Source: a virus
DNA length: 44,219 nucleotides
IMG/VR virus record: IMGVR_UViG_3300033757_000175
Reading direction: 5' to 3' (one strand)
The notes beneath the pieces are model-generated. The model saw nothing but the letters and a program-made list of their open reading frames with translations. It made no database searches and had not been told where the DNA came from. Both the position numbers and the translations under genes were made by a program. This document shows positions 26,441 through 34,701 of this stretch, piece by piece (position 1 is the first letter of the stretch; every line of letters starts with the position of its first letter).

Positions 26441-26601
26441 TTTTCTTTCTCCACATAGCCAAGATAGTCACATAGTTCACAACCCTTTCCATTACAGTGC
26501 TTACACTTCTTTCCAAAGATCATCAGATAACCCAAATCATATTTCTTTCTATCTACCTTACGGTAACAATCACCCTTTCCGCCTTCCCATTTATCACTCA
26601 T
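26437..26601 (-). CDS. Cys-rich mini-protein (54 aa) with DnaJ-type CxxCxGxG-like zinc motif, absent from the ORF track
   Basis: MSDKWEGGKGDCYRKVDRKKYDLGYLMIFGKKCKHCNGKGCELCDYLGYVEKEK; the stop overlaps the next ATG. Confidence 0.5.
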   Translation of the reverse strand: MSDKWEGGKGDCYRKVDRKKYDLGYLMIFGKKCKHCNGKGCELCDYLGYVEKEK

Positions 26602-26615
26602 GTTGATTTATCTCT

Positions 26616-26717
26616 TCAAATAAATGTAGAAATTAGAATTACCAATACTTCTATTGCCAAAAAGGTTAATGTGGTTCCACCAACAACTATAACGATAGTT
26701 TTACAAATATCATTCAT
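26616..26717 (-). CDS. Possible 33-aa single-TM peptide
   Basis: MNDICKTIVIVVGGTTLTFLAIEVLVILISTFI. Confidence 0.3.
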   Translation of the reverse strand: MNDICKTIVIVVGGTTLTFLAIEVLVILISTFI

Positions 26718-26787
26718 AGTTATGACTCAATACAAATAATTACCTAAATCAGCTCTTTTTGTATCCATTGCTTGAGATGATAAGTTA

Positions 26788-27294
26788 TCATTGAATAATT
26801 CCTTTTGTCTTCATGACACTTTTAATTTGATTTACTGTGGCTACTGTATCGTTTGATTGTGTCAGGCTAAAGATATTCTTTGCTACTTCCGTATCCACGT
26901 GCTGCTTTAGATACTGTACTGAAAGAATCAACTCCTTGATAACTTTGTTCTTCCAAATAATACTAACAATTAGAACCAGCACAGTGCCCGCAAATAGCAG
27001 ACCACAACACCAATATACCCATACATTCGTCAAAGCTGATTTAAGAAATATCCCAGCTAGACAGGATAAAAACCCGATCCATCCAGTTTTCATTCCATTC
27101 AATCCACCAAATATTCCTATCACGCAACCAATCAACAGAATCGACATTATCCAATCAGTAGATTGGATGGTTTGAATAATTGTATTTGTTATAGGAGCAG
27201 GATTAATTATTGGATTGGTGACTGGATTTGTAATGGGTTTTCTACTGGCACAGCCTGATAGAATTAACATACTAATTATAAATAATTGTTTCAT
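26788..27294 (-). CDS. Lipoprotein with three C-terminal TM segments (168 aa)
   Basis: MKQLFIISMLILSGC (lipobox LSGC), a Pro/Thr/Asn linker, then three hydrophobic helices and an amphipathic tail. The TTG start at 27330 was trimmed. Confidence 0.55.
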   Translation of the reverse strand: MKQLFIISMLILSGCASRKPITNPVTNPIINPAPITNTIIQTIQSTDWIMSILLIGCVIGIFGGLNGMKTGWIGFLSCLAGIFLKSALTNVWVYWCCGLLFAGTVLVLIVSIIWKNKVIKELILSVQYLKQHVDTEVAKNIFSLTQSNDTVATVNQIKSVMKTKGIIQ

Positions 27295-27357
27295 ACGTTT
27301 AATCCAATGGTTCGATATCACCAAAACCAAGCATCTTTTTAAATTCTGAGAGTTTTT

Positions 27358-27756
27358 TCAATTAGTTCTTTGATCGTCTGCTTTCTTAGTCTCTCCTATA
27401 GTTGTACCAGCTGTTGAATGTCCACCCATCAAATACATAAAGAATTCAAATGACAACATTGCATAAATAGGACTATTGTTTTTGGTAAATACAAGAAGTG
27501 GCTCTTTTTTAGCTATTCTTGCTCCTTGTTCAGCTTGCTTCATCCATTCAAAAACAGAAGTTTTCTCCTGATTCTTACATTCAATTGAAAACACATCCAA
27601 TTCTGGTGGCAAGTCCATTATGTCGCCTGGGAATCGGTCTTGAATAGCTCCACTGCTGGGAGTTCTTCGAGCCTTAGAGCCAAAATACTGATTAATCAAT
27701 TCAGCCACCTTACGCTCAAAAGCTTTTCCTTTTGTTTTACATGCACGCCCCTTCAT
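27358..27756 (-). CDS. Hjc-like PD-(D/E)XK Holliday-junction resolvase/endonuclease
   Basis: GKAFERKVAELI..., SSGA, PGDIMD and FSIECK follow the G-x-x-F-E-R / D / E-x-K layout of archaeal-type Hjc resolvases. Confidence 0.6.
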   Translation of the reverse strand: MKGRACKTKGKAFERKVAELINQYFGSKARRTPSSGAIQDRFPGDIMDLPPELDVFSIECKNQEKTSVFEWMKQAEQGARIAKKEPLLVFTKNNSPIYAMLSFEFFMYLMGGHSTAGTTIGETKKADDQRTN

Positions 27757-28573
27757 TTTGTTTCCTTTGATGGAAAAGTATTTGTTCCTCTATCCATAGT
27801 TCCACATTGTATCCACTGGTTTCTTCTACGAATTGTCTAATGTCTTTTACTGGCGGTAGAAAAATCTGTGTCTCCTTTAAACCCAATAAAGTAGCTAATT
27901 CAATTGCACCTTTCCAACCAGCTTGATTCTTATCATTATCTGCAATGATGAAGCAATTAGATTTATGACACCATCTATCCAAATAGTTCTTTATCATTTC
28001 ATTGCAGGCACTGTTGTTTGGTCTTGCTACTCCCTGAAATCCGATGTCAATCACAGTAATCAAATCTGAACACCCTTCGGTGATTAACACAAACTTACTA
28101 GAATCCACTGTTCTTTGTGGAATAAACAATCCCCATCTTGATCCATCAACCATACATTTAAATCCATCCTTGAATCGTCTTTGAATTCCTACTATTTCAT
28201 TATTTGCGTTACGTACTGGAAACGTCCAAGCTTCTCCGTCCCATCCGCAGTTTAGAAGAGTAAAAGTATCTTTATCCCTACCATATGGTAGAGTATAATT
28301 TAATTGGTGGCACCAGTTCGACTCATATTTCTCTACTAGAGAGGACCAATCTATATTGTTAGGACGTTGATCTTTCTTCCCCTTATGAGCCTTACTAACA
28401 ATTTGCTCCATGATTTGTTTTGTTAGTGTGCCAGTGCGTCCACAGGAAAAACAAAAATATTCTCCATAATAATCTCCCTCTAGTTTAATCTCAAAGCTGG
28501 GCCGCTTATCCTCGTGAAATGGACAATAAGCCATTGCACGTTTATTATTGATATAAGCTATCCTTAATCTCAT
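27737..28573 (-). CDS. DNA primase (CHC2 zinc finger + TOPRIM)
   Basis: CPFHEDKRPSFEIK...CFSCG zinc finger; TOPRIM motifs LITEGCSD and IIADNDKNQAG. Confidence 0.8.
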   Translation of the reverse strand: MRLRIAYINNKRAMAYCPFHEDKRPSFEIKLEGDYYGEYFCFSCGRTGTLTKQIMEQIVSKAHKGKKDQRPNNIDWSSLVEKYESNWCHQLNYTLPYGRDKDTFTLLNCGWDGEAWTFPVRNANNEIVGIQRRFKDGFKCMVDGSRWGLFIPQRTVDSSKFVLITEGCSDLITVIDIGFQGVARPNNSACNEMIKNYLDRWCHKSNCFIIADNDKNQAGWKGAIELATLLGLKETQIFLPPVKDIRQFVEETSGYNVELWIEEQILFHQRKQNEGACM

Positions 28574-28626
28574 TTAGAGAGTTCCTAGTTAAACAGCATG
28601 TTTATTTTTCCTTTATGTATGGAGTT

Positions 28627-29016
28627 TTAGTCTGTCTCTTCCAAAAACTCTGTCAAAATTTTAATCAGTTTAGCGACTTCTTGTTTAGACAAAGCAACAG
28701 ACGGAATATTCCGGCTATCGCACCCATGAGCAGCTCCGTCCCAGTTTTTGATTAGCTGCTGCTCACTAGGACATGGCTTGTATTTATATCCCAAAGCGAT
28801 ACAATATGGATATAATGGACCGTTCCACAGACTAACGCCTACATTACCAACCACTTCAATCCTCGTGACTTCATCATTATCATAGCAGCCACTGTCTTTA
28901 GTCTTATTGCTTTTTGTCTCTAAATCGATTTTGTCTCTCCCAATTTCTTTCAACCTCAAAGAAATGTATTCAGTCAAGCTATCAATCTCTTGCTCAAGTT
29001 CTTTTTTCGTAAGCAT
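28627..29016 (-). CDS. Hypothetical protein (129 aa)
   Basis: ATG 29016 with GAGGA upstream; TTG at 29031 trimmed. Confidence 0.5.
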   Translation of the reverse strand: MLTKKELEQEIDSLTEYISLRLKEIGRDKIDLETKSNKTKDSGCYDNDEVTRIEVVGNVGVSLWNGPLYPYCIALGYKYKPCPSEQQLIKNWDGAAHGCDSRNIPSVALSKQEVAKLIKILTEFLEETD

Positions 29017-29027
29017 GCAGTTATTCC

Positions 29028-29942
29028 TCAAAACAATTCATCATTCTGTTTTACTGTGTCACAATCTCTGAAACTCATACTATAGGCGTGAAACGTAGTG
29101 TGGACTACTCCCGTAGGACCATTGCGTTGTTTGCCAACGATAATGTGTGCATCTTCTGACATATCCATCAACAGGTCCAGTTCCTTTTTCTTCTTATAAT
29201 ATTCTGGCCTGTGAAGTAATAGGATAATATCTGAATCATTTATGATGAAGCCTGAATCCCTCAAATCTGAAATTGTTGGTGTTGGGTCTTGATCTTTTTT
29301 TGTAGCTCTATCAGAAGTGGCTTTTGTTAATTGTGATAGTAGAATGATTGGCACATGATATTTCAAACAGAGAGAGTGCAACTTTCCAGTAATATCTTTA
29401 AGACGTAGTGTTTCGCTTTCTGCTCTGTCACCCCATTTAATTAATTGAAGATAGTCTATAAAGAAGATTCTCACTCCGTTGTTATACATCTCTTCAAACA
29501 CTACTTCCATTGAATCTTTAGGTGGTGACTTTAATTTCCAATCTGGATAAAGTGTATCTGCTCCCTCTGAAAAATAAATGTCATTCAATCCCATTAGTCT
29601 TTCAACAGCTTCATCATATCTCCTCTTCTCTGATTGTGACATTTTGGTTTGACATCTGTGGTAGTTTAGATCAGCTAGGTTGAAAACTAATCTGTCCACC
29701 ACTTGTTTTGTACCCATTTCAATTGAGAATACTCCACACTTTGTTTCATGGGCGGAAGCAATAATAAAATCCGTCATTAGGGATGTCTTTCCCATACTAC
29801 TGCTTCCGCCCACTACTATGAGATTATCTGGGCGAAATCCATGTATAACTTCATCCAGATTCTTGATACCAGTATGAATTCCAAACTCTTGTTTGGTCAT
29901 TAGAATCTTTACAAGATTCTTCTGAATTGGTATCAACATCAA
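29028..29942 (-). CDS. DnaB-family replicative helicase (RecA-like C-terminal domain only)
   Basis: GIKNLDEVIHGFRPDNLIVVGGSSSMGKTSL (Walker A), IFFIDYLQL (Walker B), SQLTK and ISDLRDSG. Confidence 0.8.
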   Translation of the reverse strand: MMLIPIQKNLVKILMTKQEFGIHTGIKNLDEVIHGFRPDNLIVVGGSSSMGKTSLMTDFIIASAHETKCGVFSIEMGTKQVVDRLVFNLADLNYHRCQTKMSQSEKRRYDEAVERLMGLNDIYFSEGADTLYPDWKLKSPPKDSMEVVFEEMYNNGVRIFFIDYLQLIKWGDRAESETLRLKDITGKLHSLCLKYHVPIILLSQLTKATSDRATKKDQDPTPTISDLRDSGFIINDSDIILLLHRPEYYKKKKELDLLMDMSEDAHIIVGKQRNGPTGVVHTTFHAYSMSFRDCDTVKQNDELF

Positions 29943-30172
29943 AGGTCCTTCACTATAAATCCCATTTCTCTTAATTCGGTTTTGAAAAACTCAATAGTTT
30001 CATCTTGAAAAATTGATATGACTGTTGTTCCATAGCTATTCTTAGTGGATTCATTGTTGATAATCAAATCAATACCACCATCAAATTCTCGAAACTTAAG
30101 AATCCACTGACGCTTCTTTTTTGGTTGAGTTACTATTTTAATCTCATTTGAGGCTTTACTTTGCTCAGCCAT
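29939..30172 (-). CDS. Hypothetical protein (77 aa)
   Basis: ORF coupled to the helicase gene by a 4-nt overlap. Confidence 0.5.
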   Translation of the reverse strand: MAEQSKASNEIKIVTQPKKKRQWILKFREFDGGIDLIINNESTKNSYGTTVISIFQDETIEFFKTELREMGFIVKDL

Positions 30173-30183
30173 TACTAATCCTT

Positions 30184-30456
30184 TCAGTCATTGGGAAAAT
30201 CAACTTCATCAACATTATCACTGATGCGAAGATACTTATTTTCCAATCGCTTCTGGCAAGCCATGATAACATAAATCAATTCAGAATCCTTGAACGATGA
30301 CGTAGTCTGCCATTTATTATCCTTATCTTTATAAGACTTCGTAATAGACACACTATAGGTCTTAATGTCCTCTCCGCCCTTCTTAATAGTATTTTCAAAA
30401 ACCGCAAGCTGAACCGGACCACACTTAATTGTCTCAATAGGAAGATTCTTTGCCAT
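30184..30456 (-). CDS. Possible ssDNA-binding protein (90 aa) with acidic C-terminal tail
   Basis: Small beta-rich protein ending in DNVDEVDFPND, which resembles SSB-type acidic tails. It sits in the replication module. The fold guess (PC4-like) is unverified. Confidence 0.3.
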   Translation of the reverse strand: MAKNLPIETIKCGPVQLAVFENTIKKGGEDIKTYSVSITKSYKDKDNKWQTTSSFKDSELIYVIMACQKRLENKYLRISDNVDEVDFPND

Positions 30457-30512
30457 AGTTTTAACATCCTTTACAATAAAGTTTTCAATTATACCTAACT
30501 AATACTATTAGT

Positions 30513-30749
30513 TTAGTCGGGACGCTCTTCCCAATGATTAATGGCATCATCCAAATTAGCAAAGTAGTTATCAACATCTTTTCTGACTTCTTCCATACTT
30601 ATATTATCAGGACGACTTTCCTCAGAAATATCAAAAACTGTTTCAGTTCTAAATTCAAGTGGAAGATAAGATGCAATGATAAAGCCATGCTGACGGCACA
30701 GGTCTTCATACGCTTCCACAAAAGCCTTCACTTCATCAAGAGGACGCAT
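30513..30749 (-). CDS. Hypothetical acidic protein (78 aa)
   Basis: Clean ORF that abuts the upstream gene. Confidence 0.5.
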   Translation of the reverse strand: MRPLDEVKAFVEAYEDLCRQHGFIIASYLPLEFRTETVFDISEESRPDNISMEEVRKDVDNYFANLDDAINHWEERPD

Positions 30750-31136
30750 TTAATTACCTTTCAAAACTCTGACACATTCAATTGCTTCTTCTTTACTTTG
30801 AGGATACTTACCATACTTAGTAAATACTTCCTCATTGGTGAAACCATACTTTTCTGTAATCTTGTTTAGCCATTCACCTTGTTTCTTTGTTGGTACTGGA
30901 ATCACTGTTTCTTTATTAACCCTTTCAGTAGAATCAACCATATTACTATCAGTATTGCTAACTCCATCTGCTCTCCTAAAAACATAATCATAAAATTTAT
31001 CTGCTATCTCAAGCACTGTTTGTATGTCGGCATTAGGTTTGTATTCAATTGCTCTTTCTAGTGAAGTCTGTGCTACAATCATTCTATCTTTGCGAGCAAA
31101 AGCATTAAGTTCAGATTGTGTATACCTATCTGACAT
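30750..31136 (-). CDS. Hypothetical protein (128 aa)
   Basis: Clean ORF in the early arm. Confidence 0.5.
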   Translation of the reverse strand: MSDRYTQSELNAFARKDRMIVAQTSLERAIEYKPNADIQTVLEIADKFYDYVFRRADGVSNTDSNMVDSTERVNKETVIPVPTKKQGEWLNKITEKYGFTNEEVFTKYGKYPQSKEEAIECVRVLKGN

Positions 31137-31150
31137 TTCTTTTTCCTCTA

Positions 31151-31588
31151 TTAAACGTTATTCTCTTTGCAGATTCTTTTGAATTCCTCTACAGTTACTT
31201 CACTTTTTCCGAATTCTGGAAGCACAATCATAGTACAACGCATTGCTCTACCTAAATTAAAATCCATTATAGTAGATTCTTGTGTTTCAACATCAATAAT
31301 CCATTCTTTCTTTACCATACATTGAACTATACTTTCTTGTTCACACTCTATATCTGCATCTTTCTTTTCCACAAAGGCATAAAATCCTGCTTCATCTGGA
31401 TACTCATTCAGTCTAGCTGCCTTTTGGAATCCTCCTTCGTAATACTCATATAATCCATGATAAAACTCACCTTCTCTTGTATCTCTCTTCTATACAGCAA
31501 TACACCCATCCTTTTCATACTGCTTAATAAACTCTTCAAATTCCTTCGTACCATTCTTCACAATCTTAGCTTCTGCATACAAATACAC
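31151..31588 (-). pseudogene. 145-codon reading frame interrupted by one in-frame TAG (31490-31492); the minimal uninterrupted ORF is 31151-31372 (GTG start)
   Basis: A GGAGA-led GTG at 31588 lies right after the nuclease stop. Translation (M)YLYAEAKIVKNGTKEFEEFIKQYEKDGCIAV-TAG-KRDTREGEFYHGLYEYYEGGFQKAARLNEYPDEAGFYAFVEKKDADIECEQ.... The 40 codons after the TAG contain no in-frame start. Confidence 0.45.
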
Positions 31589-32440
31589 TTATTTATCTCC
31601 TAAAAAACACTTTGATCTATCACATACTGTGCGTGCCTTGCAGTACTTGTCACACTTTTTCCCATTCCAAGTACATTCTTCATCGCAATACAGGCTGTCT
31701 AGTGCAAATAGTTCGATTTGATCCAGAATGAATTGCTTCTCTTCGTCAAGAGACCATAGTGGAATAGGAATGGAAAAATCTACTGATAATTGCGGATAAT
31801 CTTTGGCAGGTTCTCTGATTTCCAATCTTAATTGTTCATTTGGCTTACAGTGTAGAGCCATCCAATCTTTTGCTTCTTGCTCTGTATCGAACACTTTCAA
31901 TGCAGTCCTTCGACCTTCCTTCATTACTGCATATCTAACTAAATTGGCTCTATCTGCTTCCCAATCTTTCCAATCGCGATAATATACGTCAAGTTCTAGC
32001 TTTTCTACTTCATATCCGCGTACTCTACGCTGATAAGCATAGACATTTAATTGTCTTTCTACATCCTTCAAGAAGGATTCAAATTTTAAACACCCCACTG
32101 CTTTTGTCTTTGTTTCTCGAATACATTTTTCTACTGTATCATAATTGTCTGCCCTACCAACAACCTCGATACCATTAAATTTGTCAATGTACTTGACTTC
32201 GCTTTCATCATCTTCTGATGCCAATTTATTCTGTCTTTCATGAACGGAAAGCCCAATAATTGTTGAAAGAAAGTCAGAATAATCCAGTATCACCTTGTCC
32301 CATTCTTTTATCAGAAGAGTACGTTCTCTTGGACAAGAGATCAAATCTGTAACAGAAATTCTCTTCTCTTTGGGTTTATGTATTTCTCCAACCTGTCTAA
32401 TAATTCTATTAGGCAGATTAAATTTATTTGTCATTTTCAT
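31589..32440 (-). CDS. Cas4/RecB-like PD-(D/E)XK exonuclease with Cys cluster
   Basis: N-terminal Cys (DLISCPRER); nuclease motifs GRADNYD and IRETKTK; C-terminal CDEECTWNGKKCDKYCKARTVCDRSKC. Start trimmed to ATG 32440, just after the upstream stop. Confidence 0.7.
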   Translation of the reverse strand: MKMTNKFNLPNRIIRQVGEIHKPKEKRISVTDLISCPRERTLLIKEWDKVILDYSDFLSTIIGLSVHERQNKLASEDDESEVKYIDKFNGIEVVGRADNYDTVEKCIRETKTKAVGCLKFESFLKDVERQLNVYAYQRRVRGYEVEKLELDVYYRDWKDWEADRANLVRYAVMKEGRRTALKVFDTEQEAKDWMALHCKPNEQLRLEIREPAKDYPQLSVDFSIPIPLWSLDEEKQFILDQIELFALDSLYCDEECTWNGKKCDKYCKARTVCDRSKCFLGDK

Positions 32441-32441
32441 G

Positions 32442-32657
32442 TCAATTCTCACTAGTGGCCGGAACGACTTTAAATACCACTTTAAAAGTAGTTCCACATA
32501 CAGGACAAACAAATGGAGCCTTCCTGTTTACATCTTTTAGTACGTCATCAGGACAATCTACTAATGAATAAGTTTTCAACTTACGAAGTCCACTTTCGCT
32601 TTGTACTTCTATCATTTCTCCGCATCTTGGACATGGTACCATCACAATATCAAACAT
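32442..32657 (-). CDS. Zinc-ribbon protein (71 aa)
   Basis: CPRCGEMIEV...CPVCGTTF; ATG 32657 overlaps the upstream stop region. Confidence 0.55.
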   Translation of the reverse strand: MFDIVMVPCPRCGEMIEVQSESGLRKLKTYSLVDCPDDVLKDVNRKAPFVCPVCGTTFKVVFKVVPATSEN

Positions 32658-32922
32658 TCCCACTATCTATTCTCCTAACCACAATTGGATTTATATTTAC
32701 GATAGCACCATGAAATTGACAGGACTTGCAACCCAGACCACCTTCTATCAACCACTTTAAATCACTATTACATAGTGGACATTTTGGAAGATTTGATTCA
32801 AGAATGATGTCTGAAATTGCAAGTCCTATCCGTTCAGCATCTGTTTTCTTTGAGTATTCACTTCTTGAAGATTCCTCTTTTGGTAATAGTGTGTAATATT
32901 TATCCGGTGAACTATTTCCCAT
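32650..32922 (-). CDS. Zinc-ribbon protein (90 aa)
   Basis: CPLCNSDLKW...CKSCQF; the first gene downstream of GC-rich island B. Confidence 0.55.
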   Translation of the reverse strand: MGNSSPDKYYTLLPKEESSRSEYSKKTDAERIGLAISDIILESNLPKCPLCNSDLKWLIEGGLGCKSCQFHGAIVNINPIVVRRIDSGNV

Positions 32923-32964
32923 AGGATAGAATCCGTCAAGAATCTTTATGATTCATCTGCTAAA

Positions 32965-33190
32965 TCTACGAAGTGGATGTGTCGCTCTGCTCTAGTGCCA
33001 GAGCTGATTCACTGCCCTAGGGCCGCTGCCGCTCTGCCCTAGGTGACCTCTGGTCGGTTATCGTTTCGCCTTATCGGTGACATATGGTACCTTACGTTGG
33101 ATTTGCCAAAATGTTCACGAAATTCCGGGCGAAATGGCAGATTTTTTTAGCCCTATCTCAGGATTGCCGGGCCGCGGCCCACAAGGCCGA
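32965..33190. other. GC-rich non-coding island B with direct repeats and shared motifs
   Basis: This is the longest non-coding gap inside the early arm. Plus-strand repeats are cgctctgctctag (32983-32995), ctgccctag (33012-33020) and cgctctgccctag (33030-33042). Motif words are shared with 37799-37823 and 41379-41435. Confidence 0.6.
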
Positions 33191-33392
33191 TCTGTTTCAT
33201 GATTTTATTTGATTGCTCATTACAAAGATACAATCCATCCTCGGAATATAGGTAATGGCTTCCGTCTATGTCCTCCATATCAGATTGAATGTTTATTACG
33301 GCACCCAACACAGTATCATACTTCTGCTCAATTTCGTACAATGCTTGACAAATAGCTTTGCCAATTTCTTGTGCATAGTTAGAAATCTTCAT
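33153..33392 (-). CDS. Hypothetical protein (79 aa) whose last about 11 codons are encoded by GC-rich island B
   Basis: An AT-rich body ends ...NKIMKQI, followed by GLVGRGPAILR from ggccttgtgggccgcggcccggcaatcctgagatag. Confidence 0.5.
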   Translation of the reverse strand: MKISNYAQEIGKAICQALYEIEQKYDTVLGAVINIQSDMEDIDGSHYLYSEDGLYLCNEQSNKIMKQIGLVGRGPAILR

Positions 33393-33517
33393 ATAGTCCC
33401 CATTGGATCATAAACATCAGCAAGGTCCTTGAGTCTTTTTGCCAAACATCTATCTTTGGTTCCATTTAGTTTAAAAATAATCCATAAACATAGATTCGTA
33501 ATAATCTCTTTCATCAT
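33389..33517 (-). CDS. Mini-protein (42 aa), absent from the ORF track
   Basis: MMKEIITNLCLWIIFKLNGTKDRCLAKRLKDLADVYDPMGTI; the start follows the upstream TGA and the stop overlaps the next ATG (ATGA). Confidence 0.45.
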   Translation of the reverse strand: MMKEIITNLCLWIIFKLNGTKDRCLAKRLKDLADVYDPMGTI

Positions 33518-33518
33518 C

Positions 33519-33785
33519 TCAAGACCACTCCACTTCATTCATCTTGATATTTGTATCAAAGGCTTCATTGTACATATTCAGAAGGGCCTTCGCAGCAATA
33601 TCAGAAGCAGCAAATGAAAAAATAGTTCCAATAAAAGTAAGGATCAAGACTCTTGGTGTAGAGATTGATACTTTCATAATGCCATTGGTGTTTGCAACAT
33701 AAACCAACTGTTCGATTGAAAGATTGTCATCGCTCATATAGTCATACAGCTCGTTGCAAAGATCATTAGGATTATACTTTTCCAT
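33519..33785 (-). CDS. Hypothetical protein (88 aa)
   Basis: Clean ORF in the early arm. Confidence 0.5.
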   Translation of the reverse strand: MEKYNPNDLCNELYDYMSDDNLSIEQLVYVANTNGIMKVSISTPRVLILTFIGTIFSFAASDIAAKALLNMYNEAFDTNIKMNEVEWS

Positions 33786-33817
33786 GTTAATTTCCTTTAG
33801 TTTTAGTTAAGATGAAC

Positions 33818-34204
33818 TTAGATTTGGTTAATATCTTTGTTTGTGTTCGGGCCTGGCTCACAAGGTTTATAGTATCGTCCTGTTTCTGTTTCAATAGCTA
33901 CTTGTTCCTCCAAAAAATCACGTTTAAATTTAAGGATACTAATATCGACCAGATTTTTTAAAATGTTCACCGTATCAGTAGATACTGCTGTGGAAAGAAT
34001 TTTTAGTGCCAGATCAATCTGATTCTGATAAAGGAATGCTTGCTTGTAGGTTTCTGCAATTGTGATAGAATGCTCATTAATCAGATGGTCCATGGCAATG
34101 AATTTATCTTGTGTTGTTAGCCTATCTCCTGAAATCGCTTTTTTATTTTTCCAAAATTTCCATGTATTTGGATCAAGCTTAGGTCCCATAGGTCTAAGAT
34201 TCAT
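33818..34204 (-). CDS. Hypothetical protein (128 aa)
   Basis: ATG 34204 lies just after the upstream TAA; the alternative upstream start was trimmed. Confidence 0.5.
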   Translation of the reverse strand: MNLRPMGPKLDPNTWKFWKNKKAISGDRLTTQDKFIAMDHLINEHSITIAETYKQAFLYQNQIDLALKILSTAVSTDTVNILKNLVDISILKFKRDFLEEQVAIETETGRYYKPCEPGPNTNKDINQI

Positions 34205-34206
34205 AA

Positions 34207-34545
34207 TTAACACCTGTTGTTATAACCATTTTCATAATACCATTTAATTGCGAAATCCAGTGCATCTTCTTCATTGTCCCAAAAGAAAAGACTATTGGAT
34301 ATATTATCCAAATCTCTTACAGGAATGCCATCTGTTCGAGGAAATGGATATGTTTTTCCATTCTTACAAAGATAAACATAATCTTCATCATCCTTGTTGC
34401 CATCTGAAAGGACAATGTCGTAATAGCCAATTGAATTTTCAAGTACTGTTATAATAAAATTTTTTGGTGGAAGTTCTTCACTAGAAAGAAATTTACAATC
34501 GGTCTCGGAATTATCTCGTAGTTTCTTACGCTCGGACATTTTCAT
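34207..34545 (-). CDS. Hypothetical protein (112 aa)
   Basis: Clean ORF in the early arm. Confidence 0.5.
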   Translation of the reverse strand: MKMSERKKLRDNSETDCKFLSSEELPPKNFIITVLENSIGYYDIVLSDGNKDDEDYVYLCKNGKTYPFPRTDGIPVRDLDNISNSLFFWDNEEDALDFAIKWYYENGYNNRC

Positions 34546-34560
34546 AGTTTACCTCTTAAA

Positions 34561-34701
34561 TTATTTGGGCTTTACAGTACCACAAACAGTACAACGACAA
34601 CTATCGAGCAATTTCGTTCCTTTACAGATATTGTGCACCCGATTTCCATCACCATATTTTTTGTCTTGATACGATGATTTGCATGTACATTTCTTAATCA
34701 T
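34561..34701 (-). CDS. Cys-rich mini-protein (46 aa) with C-x-C...YQD..YG.G.RVHN...C-x-C-x2-C signature, absent from the ORF track
   Basis: MIKKCTCKSSYQDKKYGDGNRVHNICKGTKLLDSCRCTVCGTVKPK; ATGATTAA overlap with the upstream gene. I recall this motif type from other phages. Confidence 0.55.
   Translation of the reverse strand: MIKKCTCKSSYQDKKYGDGNRVHNICKGTKLLDSCRCTVCGTVKPK

Noticed and set aside
32923-32945. TTGACG…TATCCT immediately upstream of ATG 32922 as a promoter (the same hexamers as at 37770-37798)
   Set aside because: The two hexamers are only 5 nt apart and TATCCT abuts the start codon, so the geometry is incompatible with a sigma70 promoter.
32965-33190. A tRNA gene or attP core in GC-rich island B (and in island C, 41310-41440)
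   Set aside because: I found no cloverleaf arms or GGTTCGAATCC-like T-loop on either strand. No integrase or excisionase is encoded anywhere in the closed genome.
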